A DNA stretch of 64,000 nucleotides, from contig OX597815.1 in assembly GCA_951406725.2 (NCBI GenBank), positions 184,884,001 through 184,948,000 of the forward strand. The letters are read 5' to 3'. The position numbers and the translations under genes are program-made. Below, piece by piece: positions 1-14,055 of this stretch (positions are counted from its first letter, which is position 1; each line of letters starts with the position of its first letter). Source of the DNA: Octopus vulgaris (Eukaryota). The notes beneath the pieces were generated by a model, which was given only the letters and a program-made list of their open reading frames with translations, had not been told where the DNA came from and searched no databases.

Positions 1-1985
1 ATCAAATTTGTGTTTTTGGTGTCTATAGCTGTGAGCATGTTTGCTGTATATATTTTTGTGGTGTTGGTGTGGCTGTTGTTTGCGTTGGGTTTTGAAATGT
101 CTTCGTGAGATGTATTTCCCCCTGCTTTGTTCGGGTTTGCATTTGGTTTGGTTGTGTTTCTGCTCTTTATTTTCCTTCTTTTTGTAGCTATTTGCCATTC
201 CTGACTGGTTTCGTCTTCCGACGAAATTTCTGAGGAATCAGTAGGGGGTAGGGGTATGTTGTGGGCTTCTATGTATGTCTGTGTAAGTGGTTGTGTTGTT
301 GTTTTCGTTGTTGTTGGTTGTTGAGTGTTTGTGTGTGTTGAGTGCGGTATAAGGGATGGGGGATCAGTTTGTGTGTGTTGTCTTTGTTTTTCTGTTCCTT
401 TGGGTTTTGCTGTTGTTGGTGGTGTTGGTATTTTTTCAGGTGTTGAGTGGTTTTTGGTTGATGACGGATTAGCTTGGTGTGCTTCTTTTGTCGTCTTCTG
501 TGTTGATGGTGGTGTGGGTAGTAGAGCTTTTTTCCGGAGTGCTTTGGTTGTGGTAGTGGTTGTTGTTGTTGCTCTTGGTGTGCAGTGGTTGGGCACGTCT
601 TTTTCAAGTGTGTTTCGCTTCCACACAAATAGCAGCGTGGTCGCCTGCCCTCTACCACTATATAGAGTTTGTAGCCTCCTGGCAGTTCTATAGCGGTGGG
701 TATCTTCTCTCTTGCTGCTTCATCCAATTGAAGCAGGAATTCGATTGATTTGCCCGCATAGTCTTTCTCTCCTAGAACCGCGATTTCCAGGATGTTTGTC
801 TCTGACATTGTCTCTGTCATTTCAAAGCAGATGGCAGAGACCAACCATTGTGTTTCGACTTCAAATGGTATGTTTTTTATTTGGACTTTCGTGACCCTTT
901 TGTTTAAATAGACTGGTATCATTACCAAGTCGTCCGAATGCAGCTCCAATGTGGAAAAACGTTTTGCTAAACTTTCGTTGAGGAAACGTACTTGGACTGT
1001 ACCAAATTTGTTTCCCCAACTGATATATTCCTTGGAGTCCCATGCAGGACGAAGGCATTTTTCGATTTTTTCCTGCGGTGCATTTTCTGTTCTTCTTGTT
1101 TTCTTGTTTATTACTTTATAAATTATTGTTTTTTTTTGTGTGTTTTCCACGATGTGTTGTGGAATGTGAAGGTGCAATTTGTCTCCTTCTTTGGAGAAGA
1201 GTGCCTTTGTGCGGTTTATCTCTTGTGTGGTGAATGTTACAATTGTTCTTTTTTGTTTTGTTACGTCCGCAAAATTCGTTTTGAATTTGGCAGTAGAAGT
1301 GTTAATTGTGGCAGTGTTAATTGAAGTCATGGTAGTGGTGTTGGTGTTGGCGGTATTAGCAGCAGAAGGCTTGGATGTAGCATTTGACGTCGTAGTAGTG
1401 GTGTTGGTGTTGGCGGTGTTGTCTTTGGTAGGCGGCTTTGTGCCAATTTCGTTGTTGTTGTTGTTGGTGGTGATGGTGGTGGTGCTGGCATTCATGTTTT
1501 CGTTTGTATTCATTTTTGAAATCCCTTTCTCTGTCCCTTTATCATCAACAAGTGGTGTGGGGAGTGAGGGGAAATCTAAGTTAATGTCTTTGGTCGCGGC
1601 GATGGTGAATGCGACGTTAGTTTTGCTGTTGTTGTTGGTGGTGGTGGTGATGGTGGTGACAGCGGTGTTCACGCTGCGATGTTTAGCAGCTAGTGGTAGC
1701 AATAGTGTTTTGCTACCGTTCTGCATGACTGGCGGGCTAGCCACGTGGTTTCTAGTTGCCATTTTCAAAATGAAAAATGGCTAAAAAACCCACGAAAGTT
1801 TTGAAAGTTTTTTTGTAATTTCACCCATACAGGGGCGGAATTCTACGTGAATAATTCTCAGGTTTTTTAGTGAATGAACTTGCACAACGATTAAAACAAA
1901 ATATTTGACAACAAGGAGTTTTAAACATGTAAAAGTGGCCAACTTACGTGGAGCCGATATGACTAGCGTCCGTCCATTGTGAGAG
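1..1985 (-). mobile_element. 5' part of a Tx1/L1-like non-LTR retrotransposon (5'UTR + ORF1), running off the left edge of the window
   Basis: Long ORF with an RRM-like central region and a gag-type zinc knuckle. A ~210-bp leader abuts a (TATC)n/TC microsatellite at ~1985. Confidence 0.75.
269..1768 (-). pseudogene. LINE ORF1 nucleic-acid-binding protein with CCHC zinc knuckle; probable frameshift near 560-580
   Basis: RPRCYLCGSETHLKKTCP matches CX2CX4HX4C. After the (CAA)n tract another frame reads more ORF1-like (..SSEDETSQEWQIATKRRK..) and continues towards base 1. Confidence 0.75.
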
Positions 1986-1987
1986 AG

Positions 1988-2066
<79 letters not shown>
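1988..2066. repeat. (GATA)n microsatellite
   Basis: Direct inspection. Confidence 0.95.
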
Positions 2067-2339
2067 GGAGAGAGAGATCTTGATACATACATCTTGACAC
2101 ACATACGTGTGCGCACGTAAGTTATGTCTTTTAAAAAGTTTGCGAAGAAACATGGTTCTTTCTTAGTTTTAATATTTTCCTTGGCTTTAGTGAAATAAAG
2201 AACGGCATGTATGAAGATATGAAGCGAAGTTAAGTCAACTGAATATATTTTCGCCCGGAATGCACACGAGATCGACATAAATGTCCTTGTTTGAAATATG
2301 TGTGTATGTGTGTGTTAGTGTGTGTGTATATATAAGAAT

Positions 2340-2700
2340 GAAATTATTGTATACAGTGCTCAGGTGTACCACAACTTGTCAGAAAGTGCGTATAGAGTAT
2401 ATGAAGTAATGTACAAATGTCTCGAAAGCGAACAATGTATGAGTCAGATACATGCTTGTGTGTGTATGGAGGGGAGAAAATCAGGTGTAGTGTTGGCGAA
2501 TCTCAGAAAGCATGGAAGTTTTGAAGGATGCAGTGATCCGACAACTAACAACTGATGCCGGCAGTTTGTTCCACGCTTCAAACAACTCTCAGCGTGAAAA
2601 AATGTTTCCTAAAGTCATGGGAGCTGTGCTGTTTTCTGACTTTGTAAATATGTCCACTGGTGTTAGACGGGTGGAGTTTGAAAAGGTGCTCAGAGATATC
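2340..2700 (-). mobile_element. CR1/L2-group LINE 3' end fragment
   Basis: Translates as SGHIYKVRK..RKHFFTLRVV / WNKLPASVV..SFK, the typical CR1 ORF2 C-terminus. Confidence 0.8.
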
Positions 2701-3094
2701 TATGCATAAAGATGCACACACAGGCGTGGATGTGCGTGTGTGTGTATGTATGTGTTTATATTTGTGTGTGTACAGTATTACTCCGACGGAGAGCATATTC
2801 ATCTCGATCGAAATGAAAGAGCAGCATCACGTTGAATGAAGTCTGCATGTATATGCGTTTCTCTTAAACATTTATTGAAGGGGGAAGGAGAGTTCCTATG
2901 ACACTTTAAGGAGCAGCGAGACTAGAAGGAAAGTGGAAGGGTGGGAAGTAATCCTCCATCCCTTAAATCTGACTGGTATACTTGCAACAGGTGGATTTCC
3001 CTTGAAGGCATTTAGGTCTAAAGATGATTATGTGAAGTAGGGCGATGCATTAAGTATAGCGTTGAAACCCTGGCAATATTTGAACCCAATCTAA

Positions 3095-3308
3095 AGTGGC
3101 GAGCTAGCAGAAACGTTAGCACGCCGGGCGAAATGCTTAGCGGTATTTCGTCTGTCTTTACGTTCTGAGTTCAAATTCCGCCGAGGTCGACTTTGCCTTT
3201 CATCCTTTAGGGGTCGATAAATAAAGTACCAGTTGCGTACTAGTGTCGATCTAATCGACTGGCCCCTCCCCGAAAATTTCGGGTCCCGTGCCTAGAGCAG
3301 AAAAGAAT
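3095..3308 (+). mobile_element. tRNA-derived SINE, family A (central GCCTTTCATCCTTTCGGGGTCGATAAA domain)
   Basis: A/B-box-like head (GAGTTCAAATTCC) and >20 copies in the window. Flanking repeat AATATTTGAACCCA(A/G)TCT forms a TSD. Confidence 0.85.
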
Positions 3309-3994
3309 ATTTGAACCCAGTCTGTGAACAGCTAGCGGAAAGAAATAACGAAAGGTATTTTGTTCGCTGCTCTATCATTTACGTCAGAACCAGGACGAAT
3401 GGAAAACTAAGTCAATCTCGGAGGGATTTCGATGTCAGAATGCAGGCTGCCAGAATGAACACCGCAAGACAATTTCGTCCGACACTCTAAAGACAATGAT
3501 TTCATTGGTTCATTGTTTCCCTTCACTGCTTCACAACCATAAAATATTCAGGCATGGAACAGTGGTTAAGAAGTTGACTTCGTAACAACGTAGTTTGTGA
3601 TTCCCTTACTCTCTGCACAACTTGGCACAAAGTGTCTTCTGCTATAACTCCAGGCCAACCAATACTTTCAGGGTGAACCTGTGAGATAGAAATTGTACAG
3701 AACTGATACCTCCTACTGATGACTTCCAGTAGAATGAAATTACGTGATAGGGGAATTCTGGCGCCCATCACAGACTATTCTCGACTGCTGCAATTTATTT
3801 TTGAACTTTTATAGGTCAAGCGCCTTTATCAGAGGATTTCTCAAGGCTAACAACGCAGTATTCGGTTTTCTAACAAGACGTCCATGTAATAGCAGGGGGC
3901 TTCAACCTATTCGGAGGGACATCACCTAAAATAACTGACCCCTTGAAATGATCATGATATTGAAGTTTTGAATGTCCGTGTGACCTACTTTCAG

Positions 3995-4050
3995 ATTCAA
4001 CCGCACCGGCCATTCCCGTGGAGAAGATCCCAGCTTCCAGGAGGATTTAG
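3995..4050 (+). CDS. Candidate 56-nt internal exon of an unidentified gene
   Basis: GC-rich non-repeat island bounded by ctactttcAG and AG|GTAAGT. Two frames are open; no product recognised. Confidence 0.3.
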
Positions 4051-4659
4051 GTAAGTGGTAACTTGTCCTTCCGCGTGGAACACTTCCAATAGTCTGATCT
4101 GGGGCCGATAAGTGGTCCAGCACTCAGGATGATGGATATACAGACAGCTCTTGTTCTGAAACACTCGTTCGTTGAGTCTCCCGATATGCATATGTGCACA
4201 CGCATATGCACACACATATATGTTTACGAGTCAGCAGACAAACGAAAGAAAGTGGTTTTCCGAATTCTATGTATTATTTAATAACAGACCTATTCTGCTC
4301 CATGCATTTCAAAGTTTCATAGCGACGTAGAATGAAGTTAGTTCGCCGACCATTTGGAGATCAAGATGTCTGACAAGTTAGATTTATTCTACGTAGCAAC
4401 GAAACAAGTTGCCTGGACCTGAGTCAAAATGTTATTAAATAATACATGTATGTATGTGCGTGTAAATATGTATGTATGCCTGCATGTATGTATGTATGTA
4501 TATGTATGTACATATATACACACATACATACATACATACATATATATATATATATACACACACATATACATATATATATATGTGTGCGTGTGTGTGTTTG
4601 AGTAAATATTCTGTATACAAAAAATTGATTTGCATAGATCTCTAATCTTTTTTCAATCT

Positions 4660-4672
4660 ATATATATATATG

Positions 4673-4729
<57 letters not shown>

Positions 4730-4819
4730 AAACAGATAGACAGACAGACAGACAGACAGACTGACGGATAGATAAATAGATAGATAGATAGATAGATAGA
4801 TGGATAGATGGATAGATGA

Positions 4820-4897
<78 letters not shown>

Positions 4898-4912
4898 GGA
4901 CAAATAGATATA
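4660..4912. repeat. Compound (TA)(GA)(GACA)(GATA) microsatellite
   Basis: Direct inspection. Confidence 0.95.
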
Positions 4913-5310
4913 TTGACTTCACTGAACCTGCCTCCCTAAATAAACATCCAGATTCCTAATACTTCCTGTTACTGTAAATATAATACAACAATATTGTTGT
5001 ATAATTTTATTATATTTGTAATATAAAACCAAATAACCATTAATTTTAATATGAACACCAACGTATATATTATTCAGATGTATTATCCATATGCACTGAA
5101 GTTCCTCAGTGCTTTAGAATGGTGAATGTTGTATAATATGTTCAGGTCACGATAGGGTCGTTGGCTCATAATGTAGAATTATATCGGACTTGAATTTATA
5201 TAGAATTGAGATTATAGTCATTAAGGAGCAACTTCTACGACGCGTTTCAAACAGAGATATAAAAGATTTCATTGCTTCCTGTTCTAAATAAATGCTTACT
5301 TCTTATGTTT

Positions 5311-5674
5311 AACAAGAATAGTTAGATATCACAAGCTTCCGCCAAGGCAACACCAACGTCCTCTCAACGATCAGCCAGAGACGATTTTTAAAATGAGAAT
5401 ATCTGAAATAAACTCGATTGCTCTCAAAAACGAGAATACTAAAAATGGACCCGACCGCTCTTAAAAATTAAGTAAAAAACAGAAAAAATAATCCAGAATA
5501 CTTGTCTGGTACTGGATCGATCCCATATTCCAATCAGTTCCTGCCAATCACGAGAGCAAACGTCTCTGAATGTTTCATCCGAATCCATCCAACGGTTCTT
5601 GAGATATCTTGTCCACGGACAAACAAACACGACTGCAAACAAAACCTCCGCTTTCGCCAAGGCAGAGGTAATAA
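5311..5674 (-). mobile_element. Non-autonomous Helentron (HINE/DINE-1-like)
   Basis: Minus strand starts TTATTACCTCTGCC..GCGGAGGT (hairpin), continues with TTTG repeats and a GATGGATT..ATGAAAC core, and ends with subterminal CCTTGGCGG and CTTGTT. Confidence 0.6.
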
Positions 5675-6142
5675 AATAATATCTTATACGTGCGTTGTAT
5701 TTTATTGATAGCATGATTGGTTTCAAATTTCGGCACAAGGCCAGCAATTTTGGCGTGGGAGTTAAGTCGATTACATCGACCCCAGTGCTCAACTGGTACT
5801 TAGTCTATCTACCCCGGGAGGACGAAAGGCAAAGTCAGCCTTGACGGATTTTGAACTCAAGATGTAAAGACGGGCGAAATGCGAGCGCCCAAATGCTTAG
5901 CAGTATTCCGTTCGTCTTTACGTTCTGGGTTCGAATTCACCTGCGGTCAACATTGCTTTTCGTCCTTTCGGAGTTGATAAAATGAGTACCTGTTGAACAT
6001 TGGTTTCTCTCTGAAATTGCTGGCCCTATGACAACATTTGAAACTAATATTATTAATTAGTATTTATTTGTCACTATATTTCTCAGGAAGCTATTTTGTG
6101 CATACAGGTGCACACACACACACAGGTAGAGGCATATGTATG

Positions 6143-6292
<150 letters not shown>

Positions 6293-7351
6293 TAGATATA
6301 GATATATATATATATGTATATGTATATATAAAATTTAAATAATCAGAAAATAGAGAAAACTTTTGATCAACAAACAAATTGAACCACATCGGTTGATTAT
6401 TTTTTAATACAAACCATGACATAACATTTCTTACGGCCGTTTCCGCTTCCAGTGTTAATCGGTGCTCATAAAAGAAATTCTGAAAATAATATTCGTCATC
6501 TTCATAGCACATTAGAACTTGTACATGGAGCTTCATCAGAGTGAAATACAAAAACATAAAATAAATTAACCAAAAGCAAGAAGGAATAGGAACGAACTGA
6601 GTCTCGAGAAGAAGCCAGAAGGCTCAATATATTAAAATCATACCATCTTGCAGTACGGAGTTTGAAGTCGATAGGCAAATGAGTGAACCAGCAGTGGCCT
6701 AGATAAATATTTACGGGTTATTTCTATGTAATGAGGAAACCAAGGTGCTTGAATAGTAGTGAAAGGAAGTTAATACGAAAATAAGACAAGAATTACCAAT
6801 ATGTCTAGCAAAAAAATAGTACTTGTGATATCGTAAATAGGGCTAGTTAATATTTAGCCCGAAACAAAACCGTAGGGTTCTTATAATGAGGTACTTAGTG
6901 AAATATTGTAGCGACCACTACCTGTTGTCCGCAATTGAATTGACCAAAATCTATCCATCTCTATAATTGGTCAATTATATTTGAACCAAGGGTAAAAGTT
7001 AAGGCCGTTACAGGGGATATGTAAACAAAGAAGAAAAGAAACCAGTAAATAAAGGGTGCGGGGGAGAAGGCTGTGATATAAGTGGCACGAGACCGCTTAT
7101 GACCTTCTGCAACTTCTCAAACTATAACATATATAAGACGTATATATGAAATTTGTGTGTGTGTGTCTGTGTCTGTGTCTGTGTGTGTAGGTGCGGATAC
7201 GCGAGTGTAAGTCAGCATATGTACATATAGCATGTATGTTTTTTAGGCGTGCATTTGAATATAACTGTGCACGTATGGTTACGTGCACGTGTGTGTGTGC
7301 GCGCGTGTGTGTGGTTTTTGTATGCGTGTACATGCATGGTTGCATATATAT

Positions 7352-7583
7352 ATTTCTTTACTACCCACAAGGGGCTAAACACAGAGGGGACAAGCAAGGA
7401 CAGACAAAGGGATTAAGTCGATTACATAGACCCCACTGCGAAACTGGTACTTTATTTATCGACCTAGAAAGGATGAAAGGCAAAGTCGACCTCGGCGGAA
7501 TTTGAACTCAGAACGTAACGGCAGACGAAATACGGCTACGCATTTCGCCCGGTGTGCTAACGTTTCTGCCGGCTCGCCGCCTT
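7352..7583 (-). mobile_element. SINE family A, full length
   Basis: Matches other copies; TSD TGGTTGCATATATA. Confidence 0.9.
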
Positions 7584-7979
7584 TTTTGGTTGCATATATA
7601 TGCGCATCCATTTGACGTATGTGTGGATGCGCATATGTGTGTACGTACATGCGCGCGCATGCGATTGCTATGAGCTTTCTTACGTCTTTGCTTTTACTTT
7701 TTACTTCCTCCCCTTCTGTTTTTCCCTTATTTAACGGTCATTCTAATAGCTCTTCTGTCTTAATAACGGTCATTTACATAGTAATTTCCCTTTGTTTAAC
7801 GGTGATTTTCATAGTATATTTTAAATACCTCGATAATCGAAGAGATGTCGGTGTAGGTGTCCGCCACGACATCCGAAACTCGGAGTTTTATCATGGCAAC
7901 CGAATAATTGTCTCATATTATATTACAAACTGCAAAGATAATCTGGAACTCGAGTGAGGAAAGAAAACTCCAAATGATC

Positions 7980-8391
<412 letters not shown>

Positions 8392-8394
8392 TAT

Positions 8395-8974
8395 ATTTCT
8401 TTATTGCCCACAAGGGGCTAAACATAGAGAGGACAAACAAGGACAGACATAGGTATTAAGTCGATCACATCGACCCCAGTGCGTAACTGGTATTTATTTA
8501 ATCGACCCCGAAAGGATGAAAGGCAAAGTCGACCTCGGCGGAATTTGAACCCAGAACGTAAAGACAGACGAAATACCACGAGGCATTTCGCCCGGCATGC
8601 TAACGATTCTGGACAGAGCTATTACAGCATGTGATAGATTACCTTACGGTATTTGTTCTGCCACTCTGAGATTTGAATTCAAATCCAATGCGATCATATT
8701 TGCGTTTTATCGTTTTGTGATAATAAATAAATTGCCGGCTCAGGGCAGTGGATTAGTGATATCTATTTCTTTATTGCCCACAAGGGGCTAAACACAGAGG
8801 GGACAAACAAGGACAGACAAACGGATTAAGTCGATTACATCGACCCCAGTTCGTAACTGGTACTTAATTTATCGACCCCGAAAGGCTGAATTTGAACTCA
8901 GAACGTAACGGCAGACGAAATACTGCTAATCATTTCGCCCGGCGTGCTAACGTCTCTGCCAGCTCACCGCCTTA
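8395..8974 (-). mobile_element. Two SINE family A copies (8395-8610, 8763-8974)
   Basis: Consensus match; the second has TSD GGATTAGTGATATC. Confidence 0.85.
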
Positions 8975-9522
8975 AGGGGATTAGTGATATCGTTGTGCTA
9001 TGAATAGAAATTCTGCCAAGTTGCCGAGGGGTACGAGTAATTTCAAGACTACTAGAACATCCTGTTCAACCTTTAATTGCACAGCATAGACACCTAGGTC
9101 TACCATCAGTACATCTGTGTCTGGTATCAAAAGCTAAATGGAATGAAATATTCTACACAGCAATCTCGACGCAGCAACTAGACTTTCACTTAGCGATCAT
9201 ACATACGTCAGAATTCATAGCGAAGAGATGCATTATTAATTCTTAACACGCTGTTGTGAGGGAACCGGTATTACAAAGAATAGATCCAACGTTTGCCCTA
9301 CTTGTCGTAAAAGGGGCGACTAAAAGAGGAAGAGGAAGGATGTGTACTCCGGCCTCGTGAAACCCTCATCAGCAACGACTACTCAAAACAGACCCATGGG
9401 CTGAAAGGTTGTCGCCCGAGTAGTGTAAAGATGTCATCCGCCAGGAGTAGCGAACCACAAACATATGGTGGATAAAGTGAGGCGCTGGTACATCACATGG
9501 CCCCCGCCTCACCACAAACACA

Positions 9523-9524
<2 letters not shown>

Positions 9525-9580
<56 letters not shown>

Positions 9581-9648
9581 GCTACTACTACTACTACTAC
9601 TACCACTACTGCTGCTGCTGCTGCTGCTGCTGCTACTACTACTACTAC
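9525..9648. repeat. (CTA)n/(CTG)n microsatellite
   Basis: Direct inspection. Confidence 0.95.
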
Positions 9649-9864
9649 TTATTTTCCGTGTTAATTTCAAGTGCCTCAGATACATATCAATACTCTTTAC
9701 CATTAAATGTCACAAATTTTGAAATAGAAATTCAACTTTCTTGCCTTCTGTACGATATATTTAAAATGTCATTACAGTATCAAAAGAATATATGTATATA
9801 TATATATATATATATATACATACATGTATGTCTGTATGTATATATGTATGTATCTATGTATGTA

Positions 9865-9911
<47 letters not shown>

Positions 9912-10283
9912 ACAAGAAAATCCAGGCAAGACGAATATTTGAACTCTGATATATACCTGCGAACTTGGATCCCTAGCTCCAGACTCAGCTGTGAACTTGG
10001 AACCTAACGGATGACCAATTATATCACTAGCACAGCGTACCTATTCATTTAGATCACCAGTGAACTAAACCCCTATTGGTTTTGATGTCTCTTGTTATAG
10101 TTTTAGTAAGGTTAGTGTTTAATCCTGTCTAAATAATGATTGATGGAAATAATGTAGTTATTAAGCTTTACATTTATATTACACCACGAAAGACGGTAGG
10201 GACTATAATTTTTTTAATGACTTAATAAGAGTTGTCACTGTTTAGTTACGCATTTAAGAGGGCTTGTGATTTATGTATGGAAT

Positions 10284-10501
10284 TTATTTATCGACACGGT
10301 TGTACATTGGGTAAATGTGCTTGAAAGTTGTGGTTCCGTTGGTTTGTTTGTTCCCAAACAACACTAATTTTAGTGCTGTTGACACCGCCGGATTGAATGG
10401 TACTGCCCAAGTGTCGAAACTATAATGATATCCGTGGGGCAGCTGATGATGGAGGTATCTGGGATTGTTGGTATCGCCGTGGAATAGTATTATTACATAT
10501 C
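10284..10501 (-). CDS. Candidate terminal coding exon (GYVIILFHGD...RVDK*)
   Basis: Non-repetitive open frame starting after caacAG and ending at TAA; product unrecognised. Confidence 0.3.
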
Positions 10502-11059
10502 CTGTTGATATATATATAAACAATCAAGTAATAACTTTTTTTTTCAATACTTATGCAATATAAAAGATAAGAACAAGCTTAGCTTTAAACAGTTTTGAAA
10601 GCATAAATATATATTCATAAAAAATTGCACTTAGGGTATTCAGTTATTACCTTTTAAATATTGTCTAATTTGTCAGTTACTTGCGTACTATTTATAAAAC
10701 TTGAACAACTACATTCGATGTAAAAAATGTCCGTGTACTAAATTATAAAAACTTAATTGTTTCTTGATATAATGAGTGAGAAAAAAATAAAGCTGCGAGC
10801 TAACAGAATCGGTAGCACGCCGGGTGAAATGCTTAGCAGTATTTCGTCTGCCTTTACGTTCTGAGTTCAAAATCCGCCGAGGCCGACTTTGCCTTTCACC
10901 TGGGTTAATATAATCGACTAGCTCTCTTTCTCTAAAATTTTCAAGGCCTTGTGCCAAGAGTACAAATAATTATAATGAGTGAAATAAATAGAATAGATAT
11001 CACAGATACTTTTAAAGGTGGTTTTGCAAGTTCTTCTTCATTTATTGCAATACTGTAAC

Positions 11060-11575
11060 CCCTTCCGTAACACCAGCAAATATCATAGGGTTTTAAGCGT
11101 TTTGCCCCTTAACCAAGGATTGAGCTAGTCTTCAGCTACGGAAGGGTTCCACTTGCGATGTCTTAACATCCATAGCCATCATGGGCTAGTTTCAGCTACC
11201 GTGTCTATTTCCTTGATGGCTTTCTTAAGTTGTCTGGGTTCAAGACCTATCTTCTGCAGGAAAAAGCCTACTGAGCTAGAATGAAAGCCACAGCTGCCGA
11301 CTTCCATTGGGAACGAAGTCTCACACCAGCCCTTGACAAGGGACACGTTGACTAAGTTCTGATATTTCGCCTCTTTACCAAGTGGGAAATATCGAGTTTG
11401 TCCTCCCAAGGCACTGAGAGTTCACCCACGGTGACTGATGACTGTTTTCTTTTACTCCTGGAGAGTAAGAACATGTCTGGTTGGAGTGATATAACCACTG
11501 TCTCTTCTGGGAAGGCAAGTCTGCTCCTGAGGTCCATTTGCCCCTCCCAGACTGAGGCTGAACGCAAAATATGAA
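11060..11575 (-). mobile_element. Hero/R2-group LINE 3' fragment (restriction-like endonuclease)
   Basis: LQPDMFLLS..ELSVPWED..KY..L..GW..PMEVGSCGF..WLW motifs across a frameshift. Confidence 0.8.
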
Positions 11576-12149
11576 ATGGTATATTCATTACGAAAAGAAA
11601 AACAGTACAGCATTGAAGCAGTAAGAACGATCTTTTTGCTGTATATTGACTTGTTCTAAAGAAGGTTTAGTCAAAAATATCAATATTTATTGATTATATG
11701 CATGTAGGTGTTATAGGAAACACGATCACTTGTATTGGCTATTTGCTCGATTCTAAAAATAAGATCTAACATATTGAAGTTGCCAGACTCTGCGCAAAGA
11801 CGATATAGATTATTCGGAATGCTTGCCAATATGTTTTTTTTTTTAATACAAATTCTTCGTCATATATATTTTCATTCTGCAGTGCAAAATTTATAAAATT
11901 AATTAAAATTCTGAGTAACTGACAGGACGAGATTTTTCATTTTTCAGATTTACACATTTGAAATGAATGCATAACAAAACACTTGTAACTATAAAGCACC
12001 GTTACTTAAACCTCCCACACATATAATCACACACATATATGCATATATTCACACATACACACACACACACATCTACATAACCATATACTATCTATCTATT
12101 TATCTAACTGTCTACATATGTGTGTATGTATATGACTTCTTGTATTCTT

Positions 12150-12597
12150 TTGTTCCTTTATTTGATTCCGTTATTTGATAGCGGCCATGCTGGAGCACTG
12201 CCTTTTAGCCGAACAAATCGATCCCAGGCTTATTTCTTGTAAGCCTAGTACTTATTCTATTTTTTTCTTTTTTGCCCAAGCGCTAAGTTACGGTGACATA
12301 AACACAACAGCATCGGTTGTCAAGCGATGGTGGGAAGACAAACACATACACATACATACATACATACATACATACATACATACATACATACATACATACA
12401 TACATACATGCACACACACACTCATATCTATATATACGACGGGCTTCTTTCAGTTTCCGTCAACCAAATGTACTCACAAGGCTTTGGTTGGTCTGAGGCT
12501 ATAGTAGAAGACACTTGCCCAAGGAGCCACGCAATGGGACTGAACTCGGAACGATGTGTTTGGGAAGCGACGTTCTTACCACACAGCCACCCCTGTG

Positions 12598-12600
<3 letters not shown>
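12150..12600 (-). mobile_element. SINE family B (tRNA head, CORE-like CTTGGGCAAGTGTCTT, internal microsatellite)
   Basis: About 10 copies in the window share this two-part structure. Confidence 0.85.
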
Positions 12601-12656
<56 letters not shown>

Positions 12657-12829
12657 CATTTGTTCCAGTCACTGGAATGCGACCATGCTGGAGCACCACC
12701 TTAATAGATCCTAGTCAAATAAAACGACCTCGGTACTTCTGTGCTGGAAGTCTGGGTAGTCTGCCAGTCGCTTCTGCTGAACGGTTAGTTTTGGGGGACA
12801 AAAACAAATCAACACAGACATATATGTAT

Positions 12830-13050
12830 ATAACGGGAAGGTTTACGAAAATAAACAAAAGACGAAGGCAGGTGGAGTACAAACAAACAAATGTATTAGT
12901 ATGGCGCTCAGGAATAGAAATAGAACAAGTCTTTTACGTTTCGAGCCTACGCTCTTCGACAGAAAGATACACAGAAAAAAAAAAAACAAGGAGAGAAATA
13001 AGGAGAGAAAAGAAATGCGTGTAGGAGCTAACGATCTATCATGGCGTCAT
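12830..13050 (-). mobile_element. Penelope-like pLTR fragment (P1-related) with hammerhead-like motif at 12931-12966
   Basis: Minus strand: cttt CTGTCGA a gagc-gtag-gctc GAAAC GTA aaag. Confidence 0.6.
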
Positions 13051-13933
13051 ATACAGATGTGTGTGTGTGTGTGCATATACACACCGCAAATACATATGTG
13101 TGTCTATCTATGTTTTTGCCCACCTGTGTGAGTGTTAGCATGTGCATGTATGGGCGCATGCGCATTTATTCGAACTTTGATCTTCACTGCGACGCAACTT
13201 TCACTTCCTCTGTGATAACGTTTATTACAATTGCTGTTGTCTACGTTTAACCCCGAGCATGCGCTGATCGAACCGGCTTTATGATTAACGGCATTCTAAC
13301 CACGATCACCCAATCTTATTTTGATACATAATATAGCTAGGACTATATCGTTGAATGTATCCTGCTTTGTCTATGACGGTTTTGACTCGTTTTGGTAAGA
13401 CTAACTCGTCAAATCCCCTACAGATAACCCTCTGTGGTGGCCTAGATATCAGGTTGTAAAAGTTGAATAATTAACCGTCGTATGATCCCCTGCCGTTTCA
13501 TCGTACTAGGCTACAGGAAAAAGAATTGGGGGTACGGAAATTCTAGTTTTTTTAAAGGTTCTAGCAGCAGCAACTCCCATAAACAACGTTGTCTTTATCT
13601 TTATGCCCGTTTTTCCATCGCCCCGTCTTAACTTAAACGTTTTTTTCTCAGACTTATTATTAATTTAGAATATCGGCTTTGATACACTATCAAACAAAGT
13701 CCTGCCCATACTACAGACAGCTGGCTATGGAAACAATGTTTAGACCCAAATTGAGATTAAAGGACATCTATATATATTCGGAGGGCTTCTTTCAGTTTCT
13801 GTCTACCAAATCCATTTACAAGTCTTTGGTCGGCCCGAATATATATAAATGCTACCTTCTTTGTTAATTAATTAAATTAAATACCACCGAAAACGACGAG
13901 TTTTTCCTTGTTACTTACATCCAATTTCTTCTC

Positions 13934-14055
<122 letters not shown>

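Noticed and set aside
1179-1784. 201-aa hydrophobic plus-strand ORF
   Set aside because: It is the antisense shadow of the Thr/Asn-rich ORF1.
3709-3754. ccta CTGATGA cttc..gaat GAAA..tagg hammerhead-like motif
   Set aside because: Stem I is plausible, but stem II is mismatched and there is no valid NUH cleavage triplet; at best a decayed relic.
11095-11140. CTGAAGA in the Hero-like 3'UTR (minus strand)
   Set aside because: GAAA is absent and the stems are weak.
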